NCBI GenBank assembly: GCA_030704615.1
Contig: CM060734.1
Location: forward strand, 25,482,001 to 25,546,000
Direction of reading: 5' to 3'
DNA from: Takakia lepidozioides
Taxonomy: Eukaryota; Plantae; Bryophyta
DNA length: 64,000 nt
The position numbers and the translations under genes are program-made. The stretch's first letter is position 1. Every line of letters begins with the position of its first letter. The notes beneath the pieces were generated by a model, which saw only the letters and a program-made list of their open reading frames with translations, was not told where the DNA came from and searched no databases. Below, one piece after another: positions 63,191-64,000 of this stretch.

Positions 63191-64000
63191 TGCAATAGGT
63201 TAGTCCCTCTTGACCCGTATTTTGGCTTGGCTGGTTTCTCTCATATGGATCTGTTTCAATTCCAAAAAGTTGGCTGCGATGCGGGCCAATGCCGGGTGCA
63301 CAGGGTGAAAAAACTAGTGCCTCTGAACACATGGTACTCTTTCCCATTCTCATCAAGTTATTTGGCCTGGCAGCTGTCTCCCTCTAGTGTTGGTGCACTG
63401 TGTTCTACACCTTTGTGTGAGACCGCTTCTTCAATCTTTCTTACACTCCTGCTTTGCTTACAGACATTTGGCATTTGAAAATTTGAAGATTTTGTGAAGT
63501 ACGTCCATTTCCCAAAGTATCCTCTGATGCTCTCACTCACCTAGAACCTCAGACCCAGCCAAGGAGGGCTGCAACATTCAGTGTCTTTGTATGACTCTTA
63601 AGGTAGTCCTCAAGTTGTACGCTGTGGATAACTTCAGAGCATATCTCAGTTCCTCCTTTGAGCAGCATTTAATGCATGGGCCATTCTAATCTTAGCATCA
63701 ATGTCTGCTGGTAGAAGATGTTTACTTAGTTTGTCTTTTTCATGCTTTTATGGAGCAATCAATTTTGTATCCAGTTGTGAACCTGGAACTTTTGGGATGA
63801 CACAGGAGCCAATGTAAGAAACTTTGCAGAAAATATAGATATGTGGATTGGGCCATTTGGGTGATGCATGGCAAGCGAATACGTTGGAGGGTGGTGGAAA
63901 AAAGCCCATTCCCTCCCCGATGGAACTTGATGAGATAGAGTTCAAGTTAATGGCGTACCCCCTATCCTTGATTGGAGTGTCAATTCGTGCCATGCAGGTA

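Noticed and set aside
63230-64000. Short minus-strand ORFs at the window end
   Set aside because: No recognisable family, and the region is cut by the window edge.

Overview
Eukaryotic, TE-rich land-plant nuclear DNA. A decayed LCIB-like gene alongside HAK/KUP, PPR-DYW and Pol IV/V relics suggests a hornwort (inference). Only one clearly intact host gene is present: SPCS2, 5 exons, with a minor-spliceosome AT-AA intron. The centrepiece is an ~11.4 kb Ty3/gypsy-type retrotransposon on the minus strand (27720-39080). Its pol carries an uninterrupted C5 cytosine DNA methyltransferase between protease and RT, and a PHD finger after the DDE integrase. Its ends are split direct repeats (A-internal-B-A-B) rather than two ordinary LTRs, and it has a self-complementary sequence where a tRNA PBS should be. 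A second partial copy (55530-57384) ends at the same B/A junction. The rest is a mosaic of decayed gene fragments: KDM3-type JmjC, NRPD1/NRPE1-like, RPB2/NRPD2-like, HECT E3, OSB PDF motifs, LCIB, HAK, F-box/kelch, PPR-DYW, PLAC8 and DUF2921. There are also subterminal-type repeat arrays, a ~1 kb higher-order tandem repeat, a putative SINE and another gypsy remnant. All family calls are from motif recognition by eye; no database searches were run.
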